Below are positions 1-8,802 of a stretch of 40,602 nucleotides of DNA, piece after piece. This DNA comes from a bacterium (GTDB lineage Bacteria > Margulisbacteria > WOR-1 > O2-12-FULL-45-9 > XYB2-FULL-48-7), in the NCBI GenBank assembly GCA_043812655.1, contig JBDRLW010000039.1, positions 1-40,602 on the forward strand. The letters run 5' to 3'. The stretch's first letter is position 1; each line of letters starts with the position of its first letter. The notes beneath the pieces are model-generated. The model saw only the letters and a list, made by a program, of their open reading frames with translations. It ran no database searches and was not told where the DNA came from. The position numbers and the translations under genes are program-made.

Positions 1-107
1 CTTTTCTCAACTTCCGGCTGTGAAGACTCATCAACTTGGAAAGTTTTTTTTAGAGCAACAATTTGTTTGCCATATACATTAAATTGGCCTATCGCTTCAG
101 ATGGCAT
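1..107 (-). CDS. Hypothetical protein, 5' part only (MPSEAIGQFNVYGKQIVALKKTFQVDESSQPEVEK...), runs off the window
   Basis: ATG at 107-105 preceded by a GGAG RBS (117-120); frame open to the window edge; 30 bp downstream of the 802-aa gene on the same strand. Confidence 0.6.
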   Translation of the reverse strand, partial: MPSEAIGQFNVYGKQIVALKKTFQVDESSQPEVEK

Positions 108-137
108 TGTTTTTATCTCCTCGTTGGGGATTCGGTA

Positions 138-2546
138 CTAAGATACATTGACCTGTGTTATTTTGCCTTCGCTTGATGTTATTGGATTAACATTAAAACC
201 TGCAGTTCGAACTTTATGTAATATTGCGGTTACCTCGCTTATTGTTTTTCCTCTCAGCTTACTCAAAGCCGTTATAAAATCGGAGACTTTTTTTTCCCGA
301 TTATTTGATGAAGATAGTATATCATCTATTTCTTGGTTGACAGTTTTTCCTCTGCCCTTCTTTGCGGGTTTTGCTTCCGCAACCTGCTGGCCCGCCCTCA
401 TTTTCCTTAAGTCTTCCCCTAATTTAATCCATTCATTTTCCTGTGATCTACTAGTTCTTGTAGTCATTGAACTTGCTTTTTCATCAACCAATCGCTGTAC
501 TTCAGTCATTTCCTGGTCTAATCTTCCCGATAACTCTGTTGATTGGCTATCCGTTTCTGTTTTGATTGATTCCCAGGCCTTTTTGAAGCTCTCGAATGCT
601 TTTTTATACAAGCTGGAATCGGCAGTTTTTTTTGCCTGATTAAGCTTAATTCTTGCCTTGGAGGCTAGCGCTTTAGCCTTTTTAGTTTTGGAAGCATTGG
701 TATCATCAATAATCTTTTGCATCGGTTCATTATCGCTAAGTTTTTCTGCAATCATAAAACGAGCCTCTAATACTGAAAGATTTTTTAATGAATCTCCATC
801 TTTAAATCCAATCTCAACATCCTCGGGTAAAGCGCCAATAAGTGCGTATGCGGCTGATTTATCACCCTTTTCCGCGTATTTTAAAGCTAATTGGAAAGAA
901 GCTTTATAAAACTCATTCAGATATTCTTTTCTTTCTACTCCCATTTTGTCGATAAGTGATTTTAACGCTTCTATTTCTACTTTTGCTCCAGAAAGATCAG
1001 AGCTGTTGGCTTTATCAACAAACGCTTTTTGCTTTGTTTGTATTACGTCAGCAAAACATTTCTTTTTTAAAGCTGGCGGCAACTTATCTGCGAATTTGAT
1101 AGCCTCTTCATATTTTTCTTCCCCTAGATATTTTTCCACAATAATTCTTATTGCGTCATTATCTTCCCCAAGTATCGCCCTGGCCTCTTCATATTTTTTT
1201 ACTGCGTCAGCAGCGGTTGACGCGTCTTGGATTCCAACTCGAGCATTTTGTTTTTTTCTTAATAATTCTACTTCCTTATTCCCGCTCTCCTCTTCCCCAT
1301 TCACGTTTTCCCCGCGGAACCAGGCCATAAATTTATTCTTCGTCACTTCTTTGGGATCAAAGTTAGGCATGTTTTTGAATATATCTTCGGTCACGCCATA
1401 CTCATCATAAACGCCAGTCATCGTCGCCATCGAACAGCGGAGGAGATAAGAAGCAACATCACTCCCATCAATTGGCTTGGCATCTTTTTTATCTTTATTA
1501 TTACTAATATAAGCTATAACAATTTCAGTCAAAGCGTTGCTTAGTTTTCCATTAAGCGCTTTTCTGACTGCCGTCTCGTCTTTTAAATCAACACCATTTA
1601 ACCAGCCAGTCGCTTCGATCCGCGTTTCACTTAACTCGCTGATCCTCACATTCCGGAAAGTCTTGGCATTGTTATAAGCGGATAAAGCCTTCGCGTAATC
1701 CATTTTCAATTCTTTGGCATAGAGGCTGACAACCACCCCAATCACATCCTGGAGTTCCGCGTCACTTATCTCTTTATCTTCGCCCCTCGTTTCCCAATCA
1801 CCGTGCCGGTCAATAAAAAGGGCAAAATTATCGGAAAGTTTTCCGATCTCTTTTCCGGTAGCATCTAATATTACAGCGGTTTTCAATTCGGCTTTCCCCA
1901 TAGTTTCACTTTTATCTTCATCCTTATAGTCAACATAACAGGTATTCCCTTCGTATTTCACTGTAACCCGTCTAAAACCAGGAGGTATAACATTTGCATC
2001 AAATGCGGCTGGTGGTGGTGGTGCAACTGGCGGAGCGGCTACCGGAGCCGCAACTGCAGGCGCTAGCTCTTTTGCAGGAGCCGCTGGTACAGGCGCTGGT
2101 TCAGCGGCCGCTTGCATAGCTTGAATTTTACCTTGAGTAACAATTTCAGCCGCTTTTGCATTAACATCCTTGGGAGATTTATCCTTTAGCTTTTCGACTT
2201 CTGTCTTAACTTCTTTATAAAGTTTCTCAACATCTACTGTTTTATCATTAAGATTCAAAGCGTTAAAAGCTATTAAAACACCGTTAAGAATATAAGGCGC
2301 TTTATCCCTACCAAAGACTTCTATAAGTACATCTTGAATATTTTTACCTGTTTCTTCTTGGCCATCTTTATATATTTTGATCTTCCCACTTTCAGCTTTA
2401 ACTGTATATTGACCTATCTTAAGTTGCAAATCAGCGTTTTTTTCAAATAATGAATCGATCTTAGCAATAGAACCAGCATATGGCGTTCCTTTAACTTCAT
2501 TAACAGGCTGCGCGAAACTAACCTTGCCACCGTCTCCAATCATCAT
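138..2546 (-). CDS. Large Lys/Glu-rich hypothetical protein (802 aa) with a Pro/Ala linker and a TPR-like helical C-terminal half; candidate secreted effector
   Basis: Long ORF with AGGGGG RBS; PAPVPAAP..PPVAPPPP linker; helical-repeat-like segments (YEEAIKFADKLP, FQLALKYAEKGDKSAAYALI, YKKAFESFKKAWE); no Sec signal peptide. Confidence 0.75.
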   Translation of the reverse strand: MMIGDGGKVSFAQPVNEVKGTPYAGSIAKIDSLFEKNADLQLKIGQYTVKAESGKIKIYKDGQEETGKNIQDVLIEVFGRDKAPYILNGVLIAFNALNLNDKTVDVEKLYKEVKTEVEKLKDKSPKDVNAKAAEIVTQGKIQAMQAAAEPAPVPAAPAKELAPAVAAPVAAPPVAPPPPAAFDANVIPPGFRRVTVKYEGNTCYVDYKDEDKSETMGKAELKTAVILDATGKEIGKLSDNFALFIDRHGDWETRGEDKEISDAELQDVIGVVVSLYAKELKMDYAKALSAYNNAKTFRNVRISELSETRIEATGWLNGVDLKDETAVRKALNGKLSNALTEIVIAYISNNKDKKDAKPIDGSDVASYLLRCSMATMTGVYDEYGVTEDIFKNMPNFDPKEVTKNKFMAWFRGENVNGEEESGNKEVELLRKKQNARVGIQDASTAADAVKKYEEARAILGEDNDAIRIIVEKYLGEEKYEEAIKFADKLPPALKKKCFADVIQTKQKAFVDKANSSDLSGAKVEIEALKSLIDKMGVERKEYLNEFYKASFQLALKYAEKGDKSAAYALIGALPEDVEIGFKDGDSLKNLSVLEARFMIAEKLSDNEPMQKIIDDTNASKTKKAKALASKARIKLNQAKKTADSSLYKKAFESFKKAWESIKTETDSQSTELSGRLDQEMTEVQRLVDEKASSMTTRTSRSQENEWIKLGEDLRKMRAGQQVAEAKPAKKGRGKTVNQEIDDILSSSNNREKKVSDFITALSKLRGKTISEVTAILHKVRTAGFNVNPITSSEGKITQVNVS

Positions 2547-2559
2547 TTTAATTCCCCCT

Positions 2560-2598
2560 AAAAAATAAAAAAACCAAGCCTGTTATTAGAACTTGGTT
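2560..2598 (-). terminator. Intrinsic terminator-like hairpin within the 5' leader of the 802-aa gene (attenuator)
   Basis: Minus strand AACCAAGUU-CUAAUAACA-GGCUUGGUU followed by a U-rich tract, located between the promoter motif and the start codon. Confidence 0.6.
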
Positions 2599-2644
2599 AC
2601 ATTCCACCCGGTTACAGGCTAACCGAGCTTCTCTTCCATATATT

Positions 2645-2673
2645 ATATCGGATTATCTAGGCAAAAACTTGCA
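2645..2673 (-). promoter_or_regulatory. Sigma-28-like promoter motif, copy 1
   Basis: TGCAAG-N15-TCCGATAT on the minus strand. Confidence 0.75.
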
Positions 2674-2684
2674 TGAGCAAATCT

Positions 2685-3065
2685 TTAAACAACGATCCCA
2701 CCGATCGCCGCGTTAGCTATCTTAGCTTTTAAAGCCTTTACCTCGATGGTTCGCTGTAAGTTAGCCGAAATGATCTGCTTGAATAGGTCTGGATCCAGGT
2801 CTTTGATCGCCTTCAGCCCTTCTATTAATATGTCGGTAAATTCCCCGCCAAATTTCAGCTGGCTTAATCCGGCGAACAGTTTATCTAGTTTTTTCGCTAT
2901 TAACTTCGCCTTATCCCTGGCCACGCCTTTCTCTTTTTCGGCTAGCTTATTGATCTCGGCCAATGCCTTGTGCAGATCGGCCAAGACTTTTTCAACTGCT
3001 TTACGCGGGTCATTATCGGCTATGATCTTCAAAATATTTTCTGGGCCGCTTACTGATAGGCTCAT
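2685..3065 (-). CDS. Hypothetical helical/coiled-coil protein (126 aa)
   Basis: ORF tightly coupled to the upstream gene, GGAGG RBS, heptad-like Leu/Ala/Lys pattern. Confidence 0.7.
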   Translation of the reverse strand: MSLSVSGPENILKIIADNDPRKAVEKVLADLHKALAEINKLAEKEKGVARDKAKLIAKKLDKLFAGLSQLKFGGEFTDILIEGLKAIKDLDPDLFKQIISANLQRTIEVKALKAKIANAAIGGIVV

Positions 3066-3066
3066 T

Positions 3067-4707
3067 TTATACCGCCTCCTGTACTTGTGAAGGTTCTTCG
3101 TCCGGCAATTCCATGAATAAATTCGATTCTTCTTTTAATCTCGTTAAAAGTTTCTTGACCAATGTATAGCGTTTATCTGTTGCCGGCGATGATTTTTTGG
3201 TCCTGACCAGGTCTCTTAATGTTAACAATTCTTCCCTGGCGGCATCAAAGACCTTAATATTGGCTTTATCTCTTAATGAATTGAATTCAACCTCGCTTAA
3301 GTCATAATCAAGCCGTTTTAAGTTATTGATCAACCCTTTGATCTTTTGTTCGATCAGCCGGAAAGCCGGCCCGGCCAGCTCATAAAGGGTGGCTCTCTCT
3401 TCCAGCACCCCGAACAACATCTCGCCCAGCCTGATACAGGCGATCTGCCGCCCTTCCTTCTCGATCTTCTCCAATTCGTTGCTCCCAACGCCCAAAGCAA
3501 TTAACCCGTTCTTTAGCCGCCGGACCTTGAAATGGGTCTCCATCATGCTCTTCCAGTCGCCAGCCAGAGCACGGTGCATGTGTAGGGCCCGCAACCGGTT
3601 GGTCAAGAGGTCTTTTTCGTCATCTTTAGTATATTCATATTGGTCTTTATTCTGCTGTTGATCGGCGCCTGATTGGCCGCCTGGCGCTCCCTGGCCAATA
3701 GAAGCATTAAAAGGATTCAGGCCAAGATGGACCTTCTTCAGGTTCCAGCTCTGGGTAAACTCATTTAAATTCACTCCGGCTTTAGCCGCCAGTTCTAATA
3801 ATTCTTTTATCTCCGTTACTCCTTTTTTCCCTTGGCTGGGATCAGTGGTTAATTGTTGCTGCATTAATTTTTCTTCTATTTTTGTTTTGGCAAAATCCCT
3901 AACCTCACCGGCGGTTTCTTTTAAGATCTCGCTCATCATCATTTTCGCGCCCCGTTTATCAAGCACTCCGCTCTTGATCGCGAAATCAAAGAGATCGCTC
4001 AGCCCTTTGTCGCCCATTAATTTGTCGATCGATTTCGTCCGGCTAAGCACTTTTTTCATAAAAGTGTCTCTGATCTGCTGGGCTAGCTCGCTGCGAACAC
4101 TGTTGCTTGTCGCGGTCTTGATGGAGATAAATTCTTTTTCGCCTAACCCCTTGCTCCTAAGTTCCGTCTCCAACTTTACTAGTTTTTTCTTGAGTTCCGG
4201 AGTATGGCTGACCGTGTAAGCGGCATAGACCGCGGCATATTCCCTGACTTGGATCTGGGTCTCTTTATCAAGTGATAATCCGCTTTTACCTTGAGAATTA
4301 TTTTGTTGCTGTTCTTGCTCGCCCTGCCCGCCCTTTTTTCCCGAGGTTTTGGCAATAATATTTTTAAGGTCAACCAGGTCATCATATTTGCCTGGGCCGC
4401 CCAGCATTTGCTTAAGCTCATTTTCCATGGCATCATTGGCCTTGCCGGAGAATTTTTCTGGATTTAAATTAATCCCCAGGGTGGCTAGTTTCCCGGTCAG
4501 GTTAATGAGCACATCCATCCCGGCTTTGCCGGAACTTTTGTTCTCTTTGACCAGCCGGCCGATCTCTGTTTCTGTTTTTACCTGGTAATCTTTATCCTTA
4601 AGGGTCGATTGCCTGTCAACGGACTTCATATCATTAACGGCCCCATTGCTTAAAGCAATGGACATCTGTTGTGAAGCGCTGTTATCTACGACACCATTAA
4701 GCCCCAT
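3067..4707 (-). CDS. Hypothetical all-helical protein (546 aa) with Gln/Gly-rich linkers and an internal LxxxG(V/L) helical repeat
   Basis: Long ORF with AAGGGG RBS, overlaps the end of the upstream gene. Confidence 0.75.
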   Translation of the reverse strand: MGLNGVVDNSASQQMSIALSNGAVNDMKSVDRQSTLKDKDYQVKTETEIGRLVKENKSSGKAGMDVLINLTGKLATLGINLNPEKFSGKANDAMENELKQMLGGPGKYDDLVDLKNIIAKTSGKKGGQGEQEQQQNNSQGKSGLSLDKETQIQVREYAAVYAAYTVSHTPELKKKLVKLETELRSKGLGEKEFISIKTATSNSVRSELAQQIRDTFMKKVLSRTKSIDKLMGDKGLSDLFDFAIKSGVLDKRGAKMMMSEILKETAGEVRDFAKTKIEEKLMQQQLTTDPSQGKKGVTEIKELLELAAKAGVNLNEFTQSWNLKKVHLGLNPFNASIGQGAPGGQSGADQQQNKDQYEYTKDDEKDLLTNRLRALHMHRALAGDWKSMMETHFKVRRLKNGLIALGVGSNELEKIEKEGRQIACIRLGEMLFGVLEERATLYELAGPAFRLIEQKIKGLINNLKRLDYDLSEVEFNSLRDKANIKVFDAAREELLTLRDLVRTKKSSPATDKRYTLVKKLLTRLKEESNLFMELPDEEPSQVQEAV

Positions 4708-5077
4708 ATGATATCCCCTTTTTGGCGGTCGCTTTAAGCGCCCTGTCTTGGTCCGGCCCGGTCCTCCCAGCCACTTGCTTGATCTTCTGCTCGGTCGCCG
4801 CCGCCATGCGCTCCGCCCTTTTAATATAGCTTTCCAGCCTTTCTAGTTTGATCAAGGTCTCTTTCTTATTGGTCCCGAACAATTGCATTTCATATTCCAG
4901 GTTTGATCTTTCTTGATAAAAAGAGACCAGGTGTTTCTGTAATGCTTCCCCTTCTAATTCACGGAGCGAAAGGGACTCATACCGGTCTTTGATCCCAACC
5001 CGGTCCGCCTGCAGCATCAGCTGGGTTTCCAGCTCTTTAAATATCCGGAGTTGGGCTTTTAGTTTTTTACTGCTCAT
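4697..5077 (-). CDS. Hypothetical coiled-coil protein (126 aa)
   Basis: ATGA overlap with the upstream gene; charged heptad pattern. Confidence 0.7.
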   Translation of the reverse strand: MSSKKLKAQLRIFKELETQLMLQADRVGIKDRYESLSLRELEGEALQKHLVSFYQERSNLEYEMQLFGTNKKETLIKLERLESYIKRAERMAAATEQKIKQVAGRTGPDQDRALKATAKKGISYGA

Positions 5078-5604
5078 GACATCCTGGCTCCTGTCACTAT
5101 CCCAAAGAGCATTTTTTCGCTGACCAATTGTTTAACGCCCAGATCGATCATCTCGATCTTCTTTTTTTTCGCTTCGGCCAGCAAATCCTTGATCCTGGCT
5201 GGGTCAACGCCTAAAACACTAAGCTGAAAACCGATGATCCCCACTCCCATTTTTGCCAGTTCGGCCATAAAATAGTTGTGGCTATAAACATCCATCCCTA
5301 ACTTCAACATTTTTTCTTCGAGTGCCTTGGTGGCTTTTTCCCTGAACTTCAGGTTTTTCTTCCCGTCTAGAGATTCCACTTGGTCTTCCGTCATCGTTCC
5401 CGCAATCATTGACATATAGACCGCGTCATCGCAGCGGATGCCGTAATCGATTTTACCGTCTTTACCATCTACCGCTTGCCAAGAAACGTCTGAAGAATTT
5501 TCCATGTCAGGATCATTCGCGGTATTCCTAAAAGTTTGCTTGGCCGCCGCGTAGAGTTTTTCCTGGGCAAAGCCCATATCCATAGATGCTCCGGTATTGT
5601 TCAT
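5074..5604 (-). CDS. Hypothetical protein (176 aa)
   Basis: ORF directly downstream of promoter copy 2 with a GAGGA RBS-like sequence; first gene of a 4-gene coupled unit. Confidence 0.7.
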   Translation of the reverse strand: MNNTGASMDMGFAQEKLYAAAKQTFRNTANDPDMENSSDVSWQAVDGKDGKIDYGIRCDDAVYMSMIAGTMTEDQVESLDGKKNLKFREKATKALEEKMLKLGMDVYSHNYFMAELAKMGVGIIGFQLSVLGVDPARIKDLLAEAKKKKIEMIDLGVKQLVSEKMLFGIVTGARMS

Positions 5605-5628
5605 AGGTTACACATATCCTCTATATAT

Positions 5629-5657
5629 ATATCGGACCAAAGGGCTGTTTTCTTGCG
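5629..5657 (-). promoter_or_regulatory. Sigma-28-like promoter motif, copy 2
   Basis: CGCAAG-N15-TCCGATAT on the minus strand. Confidence 0.75.
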
Positions 5658-5675
5658 TTAAAACTGGGGTTTTTC

Positions 5676-7349
5676 TTACTTTTTCTTCTGTTCGTTGCTG
5701 GCCGTGCTGGCAGGTTTTATTCTTGATTTTGCTTTTGCCAGGTTGCGGGCAGCCATCCGTTTTTGGACAGTATCTTTGGTCCCGCTAGCTTTATAATAGG
5801 CCAGACGTTTTTGGGCCCAATTTGATTTTGGCGCTTGGGTGACCTTCTTTTTGTTCTCTTCTTCTTTTCTATAAGCCGCTTTTTTCATGCGGCTTTTCTT
5901 TTTCACGACGCTAGCCCGCGCTTCTTCGTAAGCCAATTCCTCTTTGCGCTGGTTATAATCATCCATCTCTTCCTTATATATTTCCGATTTACGGCCGTTA
6001 AATATATTATTGGTCACTATCCTGGCCACGTCTTTATTGGAAAATTTGACCAATTCACCCAAGGCATGGACCACCCAATTTGAACCGCCAAGATACTTTT
6101 CGGGCTCTCCATTCCTATAACTTTCGGTCAGATAATATATTTTTTGCAGCTGCCCGGACAAAGAATCATCCGTAGCTAACGGGTTGATCGATGGGTCGTT
6201 GGGATTAAAGCCATAAGAATAAACATCCCAGCCAACATGCTGGCCGGCATCTACTGCCGTCCCAAAATAGGGTTGTTTATCGCTGGTGGCGGTCGCGAAT
6301 AATTCGGCTTTTAATTGGCTAATATCTACCAAGTAATAACCGTTTGTGCTGGCTGCCTCATTAAGCCCTTCGCTCAACCATTGGCCGAATTTTTGGAATT
6401 TAGCTTGCTGTTCAAGCGGCAGATCCCCACCTATAAAATCGCTTGAATTAGAAAAATAAGCCGGCATCATCGCATGCAAGGATTTTTGGATCTTTAAGAA
6501 AAGGTCAAAAAAAGCGATGTTGTGCGGATCGGCCCCTTGGCTGGCCCACAAATTAAATTTTAAGATCATCTCTTCATCGTTTGGATCGGCTTGGCCGTCA
6601 ACCTGCCGGGCAATATCTTGCGGTGAACCAAAAACTTTATTCATCACGCTAAAGATCCGCCGTCTGGCATCCAATAGTAAGACCGCCAGGTCGACCGCTT
6701 TTTGGCTTTTGGATCCCGGGGCTGTTTCATAATCGCCCGACATCACAATATCATAGAAATTCTTAACGCCGTAATTCGCGTTGGCTCGGTCAGAAACGCC
6801 TCTCCATATTTTCGCATAATCAACTGGGTCGATCCCAAACATCCTCCCATAATCCTTTAATTGCTGGCTCAATTGCCCTAGTGGTAAAAAACCCAAGGTG
6901 TCATCTTCATAACCGAATGGCTTATCAGGATTAGTATTGGCGATCAGATCATAGGCTTTTTGGTCACTGCCTCGGTATCTGTCATCAGCTTCAACTATAA
7001 AATGATTAAAGTCAGCGATCCCGGAGCTAAATTCAAGGTTTTTACCCGTTTCGCCAGCCCCAGCGCCCCAAGGTTTGGCCGTTGCGCCGCCTGGATCCGT
7101 CTCGCCCCAAAATTGGCTCCAATCTTGTTCCGCCGTTGTATCGCCAGAATAGGCGGCCCGTTCTTCTGGCGAGAAAAACTTCATCGCTTCCATTAAAAAA
7201 TTTATGTCCGCGCCGATCGATTTAAAACTGCGCCGGGATTCACTATTGTGCTGGTAAACGCGGGCGAGGTCGGGGTTATCCACTTTCATCGGCCGGCGAG
7301 GCTTTGGCATGGTCGCCGAATTACCAATATAGTTCCTGTAATAGCTCAT
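5676..7349 (-). CDS. Hypothetical protein (557 aa) with a C-terminal coiled coil and a very basic tail
   Basis: Long ORF with GAGGA RBS; YKEEMDDYNQRKEE coiled coil followed by a Lys-rich tail. Confidence 0.75.
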   Translation of the reverse strand: MSYYRNYIGNSATMPKPRRPMKVDNPDLARVYQHNSESRRSFKSIGADINFLMEAMKFFSPEERAAYSGDTTAEQDWSQFWGETDPGGATAKPWGAGAGETGKNLEFSSGIADFNHFIVEADDRYRGSDQKAYDLIANTNPDKPFGYEDDTLGFLPLGQLSQQLKDYGRMFGIDPVDYAKIWRGVSDRANANYGVKNFYDIVMSGDYETAPGSKSQKAVDLAVLLLDARRRIFSVMNKVFGSPQDIARQVDGQADPNDEEMILKFNLWASQGADPHNIAFFDLFLKIQKSLHAMMPAYFSNSSDFIGGDLPLEQQAKFQKFGQWLSEGLNEAASTNGYYLVDISQLKAELFATATSDKQPYFGTAVDAGQHVGWDVYSYGFNPNDPSINPLATDDSLSGQLQKIYYLTESYRNGEPEKYLGGSNWVVHALGELVKFSNKDVARIVTNNIFNGRKSEIYKEEMDDYNQRKEELAYEEARASVVKKKSRMKKAAYRKEEENKKKVTQAPKSNWAQKRLAYYKASGTKDTVQKRMAARNLAKAKSRIKPASTASNEQKKK

Positions 7350-7367
7350 TTTTTATCCTCTCAAAAA

Positions 7368-7706
7368 TTAGTTAAATAAAGAGTTTAACTGTTCATCGAA
7401 TTTAAACTGTTTGGAGAGGATATCGATGATCTGGGTTTGCGCCTGGCCTATTTTTTGCAGACGGTCTTCAATAACTAAAGCCGCGGTAGTGGAATTCAAC
7501 TGGTCGCCAGGCAAAAATACGCTGCCAACCTGGAGCATTTTTTCCGGGTCAGGATTAAGGGATAGCTCCGCGTAACCAGCCAAAAGAGCGGACATTTCAT
7601 CCCAAAAGCCGTTGACCGCTTGTTTAACATCTATCCGATTGCCGCTGATAAAGGATGGGTTAATGATCGGCGAGAACCCCAACATATTCCCATTCGCGTT
7701 TGTCAT
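7368..7706 (-). CDS. Small helical protein (112 aa), possible distant paralog of the two upstream small proteins (needle/inner-rod-like)
   Basis: AAGGAG RBS; C-terminal STTAALVIEDRLQK... aligns loosely with SALGSLVLDDSLQK of the neighbours. Confidence 0.65.
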   Translation of the reverse strand: MTNANGNMLGFSPIINPSFISGNRIDVKQAVNGFWDEMSALLAGYAELSLNPDPEKMLQVGSVFLPGDQLNSTTAALVIEDRLQKIGQAQTQIIDILSKQFKFDEQLNSLFN

Positions 7707-7727
7707 TTATTTTATCTCCTTTTTGTT

Positions 7728-7786
7728 ACTCTACTAAAGGGCCATTTTTTGACCCTTTAATAGAGTTCCCGGTTACCCGGGAACTC
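7728..7786 (-). terminator. Two adjacent stem-loops downstream of the 99-aa gene (mRNA stabiliser or partial terminator)
   Basis: GAGTTCCCGG/CCGGGAACTC 10-bp stem (7763-7786) and a 17-bp stem with G-U pairs on the minus strand (7728-7766). Confidence 0.55.
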
Positions 7787-7795
7787 ATAAAAACT

Positions 7796-8095
7796 TTATG
7801 CTAAAGTTTGTAAGGTTTTATTAACCACTTGATTCTGGGTGCTGACAAATTGAGTCGCCAGCGTCGACGCTGTCCTCGACTTCTCTTGAGTGTCTGAAAG
7901 CACGAGTGAACCAAGGGCGCTAGTTACGTCTATTGGGTTAGGCCCTCCTAAATTTACCATCACAGATCCACCATCCCAGCCAGATGTAAGCTCATTGCTG
8001 ATAGCGCTCATAATGCTATTTTGGGCCGAATCAATATTACTAACTATACTTTGCGCTAATTCACTAATTGATTGGTTTACCGGTTGTCCTGCCAT
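7796..8095 (-). CDS. Small Ser/Thr/Gln/Asn-rich helical-hairpin protein (99 aa), candidate filament/needle-like subunit
   Basis: Perfect GGAGGTGA RBS; C-terminal ~60 aa clearly paralogous to the 194-aa neighbour; WDG at residue 40. Confidence 0.7.
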   Translation of the reverse strand: MAGQPVNQSISELAQSIVSNIDSAQNSIMSAISNELTSGWDGGSVMVNLGGPNPIDVTSALGSLVLSDTQEKSRTASTLATQFVSTQNQVVNKTLQTLA

Positions 8096-8117
8096 TTTAA
8101 TTCACCTCCATTTTAGA

Positions 8118-8138
8118 CTTCCCCCCAGGGGGGAGTTA
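8118..8138 (-). other. Intergenic GC-rich stem-loop between the two paralogous small genes
   Basis: ACTTCCCCC-CAG-GGGGGAGT inverted repeat. Confidence 0.45.
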
Positions 8139-8143
8139 TTTAT

Positions 8144-8728
8144 TTACGCCAGGGTCTGTTGAGTCTTGCTCGCTTTCTGGTTCTCATTAGCCACTGCTTG
8201 AGCCGCTATCTGCGTCAAGGTTGAACCTTTTTGCAAGCTATCATCAAGCACTAAGCTTCCTAAAGCTGAAGCAACATCAATAGGCTTCCCACCGATGTTA
8301 ATATTGACTGACCCACCGTCCCAATCTGAAACTCCATCCCCATTTGTATCTTGTCCTATCTGTTCTTTGATCGCATCCATAATATCCTTGTTTCTTTCTG
8401 TAGTCTCAGAAACAATGGCGGTTGCGCTTTCATAAACAGATGGATTATCTGAGCCGTCAGGGCGCGTATCGTAATCATTAGTGGGGCTAGCTCTATCTTC
8501 TGGAGCTGGAGTTTCGGGGTCGCCTCCCCCACCAACGGATAAGTCTAAATCAACCCTTTTTGCAGCTATCCTATAATCCCCTAGAGAAATTCCTCCATGA
8601 CCAACATCAAGATCAGCAACGATTCTACTCGTAAGGCTATCTCTCATATCATTAGTCATTTTCTTATCCACATACTGATCGCTGTCCGCCGGTCTCTGAG
8701 CTGAAAGATCATTAATTGGACTTGCCAT
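8144..8728 (-). CDS. Hypothetical protein (194 aa): acidic, disordered N-terminal extension plus a C-terminal domain paralogous to the 99-aa protein
   Basis: AAGGAGGTGA RBS; WDGGSVNINIGGKPIDVASALGSLVL...KTQQTLA matches WDGGSVMVNLGGPNPIDVTSALGSLVL...KTLQTLA. Confidence 0.75.
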   Translation of the reverse strand: MASPINDLSAQRPADSDQYVDKKMTNDMRDSLTSRIVADLDVGHGGISLGDYRIAAKRVDLDLSVGGGGDPETPAPEDRASPTNDYDTRPDGSDNPSVYESATAIVSETTERNKDIMDAIKEQIGQDTNGDGVSDWDGGSVNINIGGKPIDVASALGSLVLDDSLQKGSTLTQIAAQAVANENQKASKTQQTLA

Positions 8729-8802
8729 ACCTATTCACCTCCTTTTGTCTTTTTTTTCTCCCTGCCTTGTCGAGGGGCAGGTCGAATTACCCTTCCATAT
8801 AC

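Noticed and set aside
2547..2640. Assignment of the leader to a known riboswitch class (guanidine-IV, c-di-GMP, preQ1)
   Set aside because: I could not match the conserved nucleotides of these classes by eye; reported only as an unclassified candidate
7368..8728. Canonical flagellin, hook or rod genes
   Set aside because: None of the conserved flagellin N-terminal or LxxxANNLAN rod/hook motifs are visible, so no gene symbols were assigned
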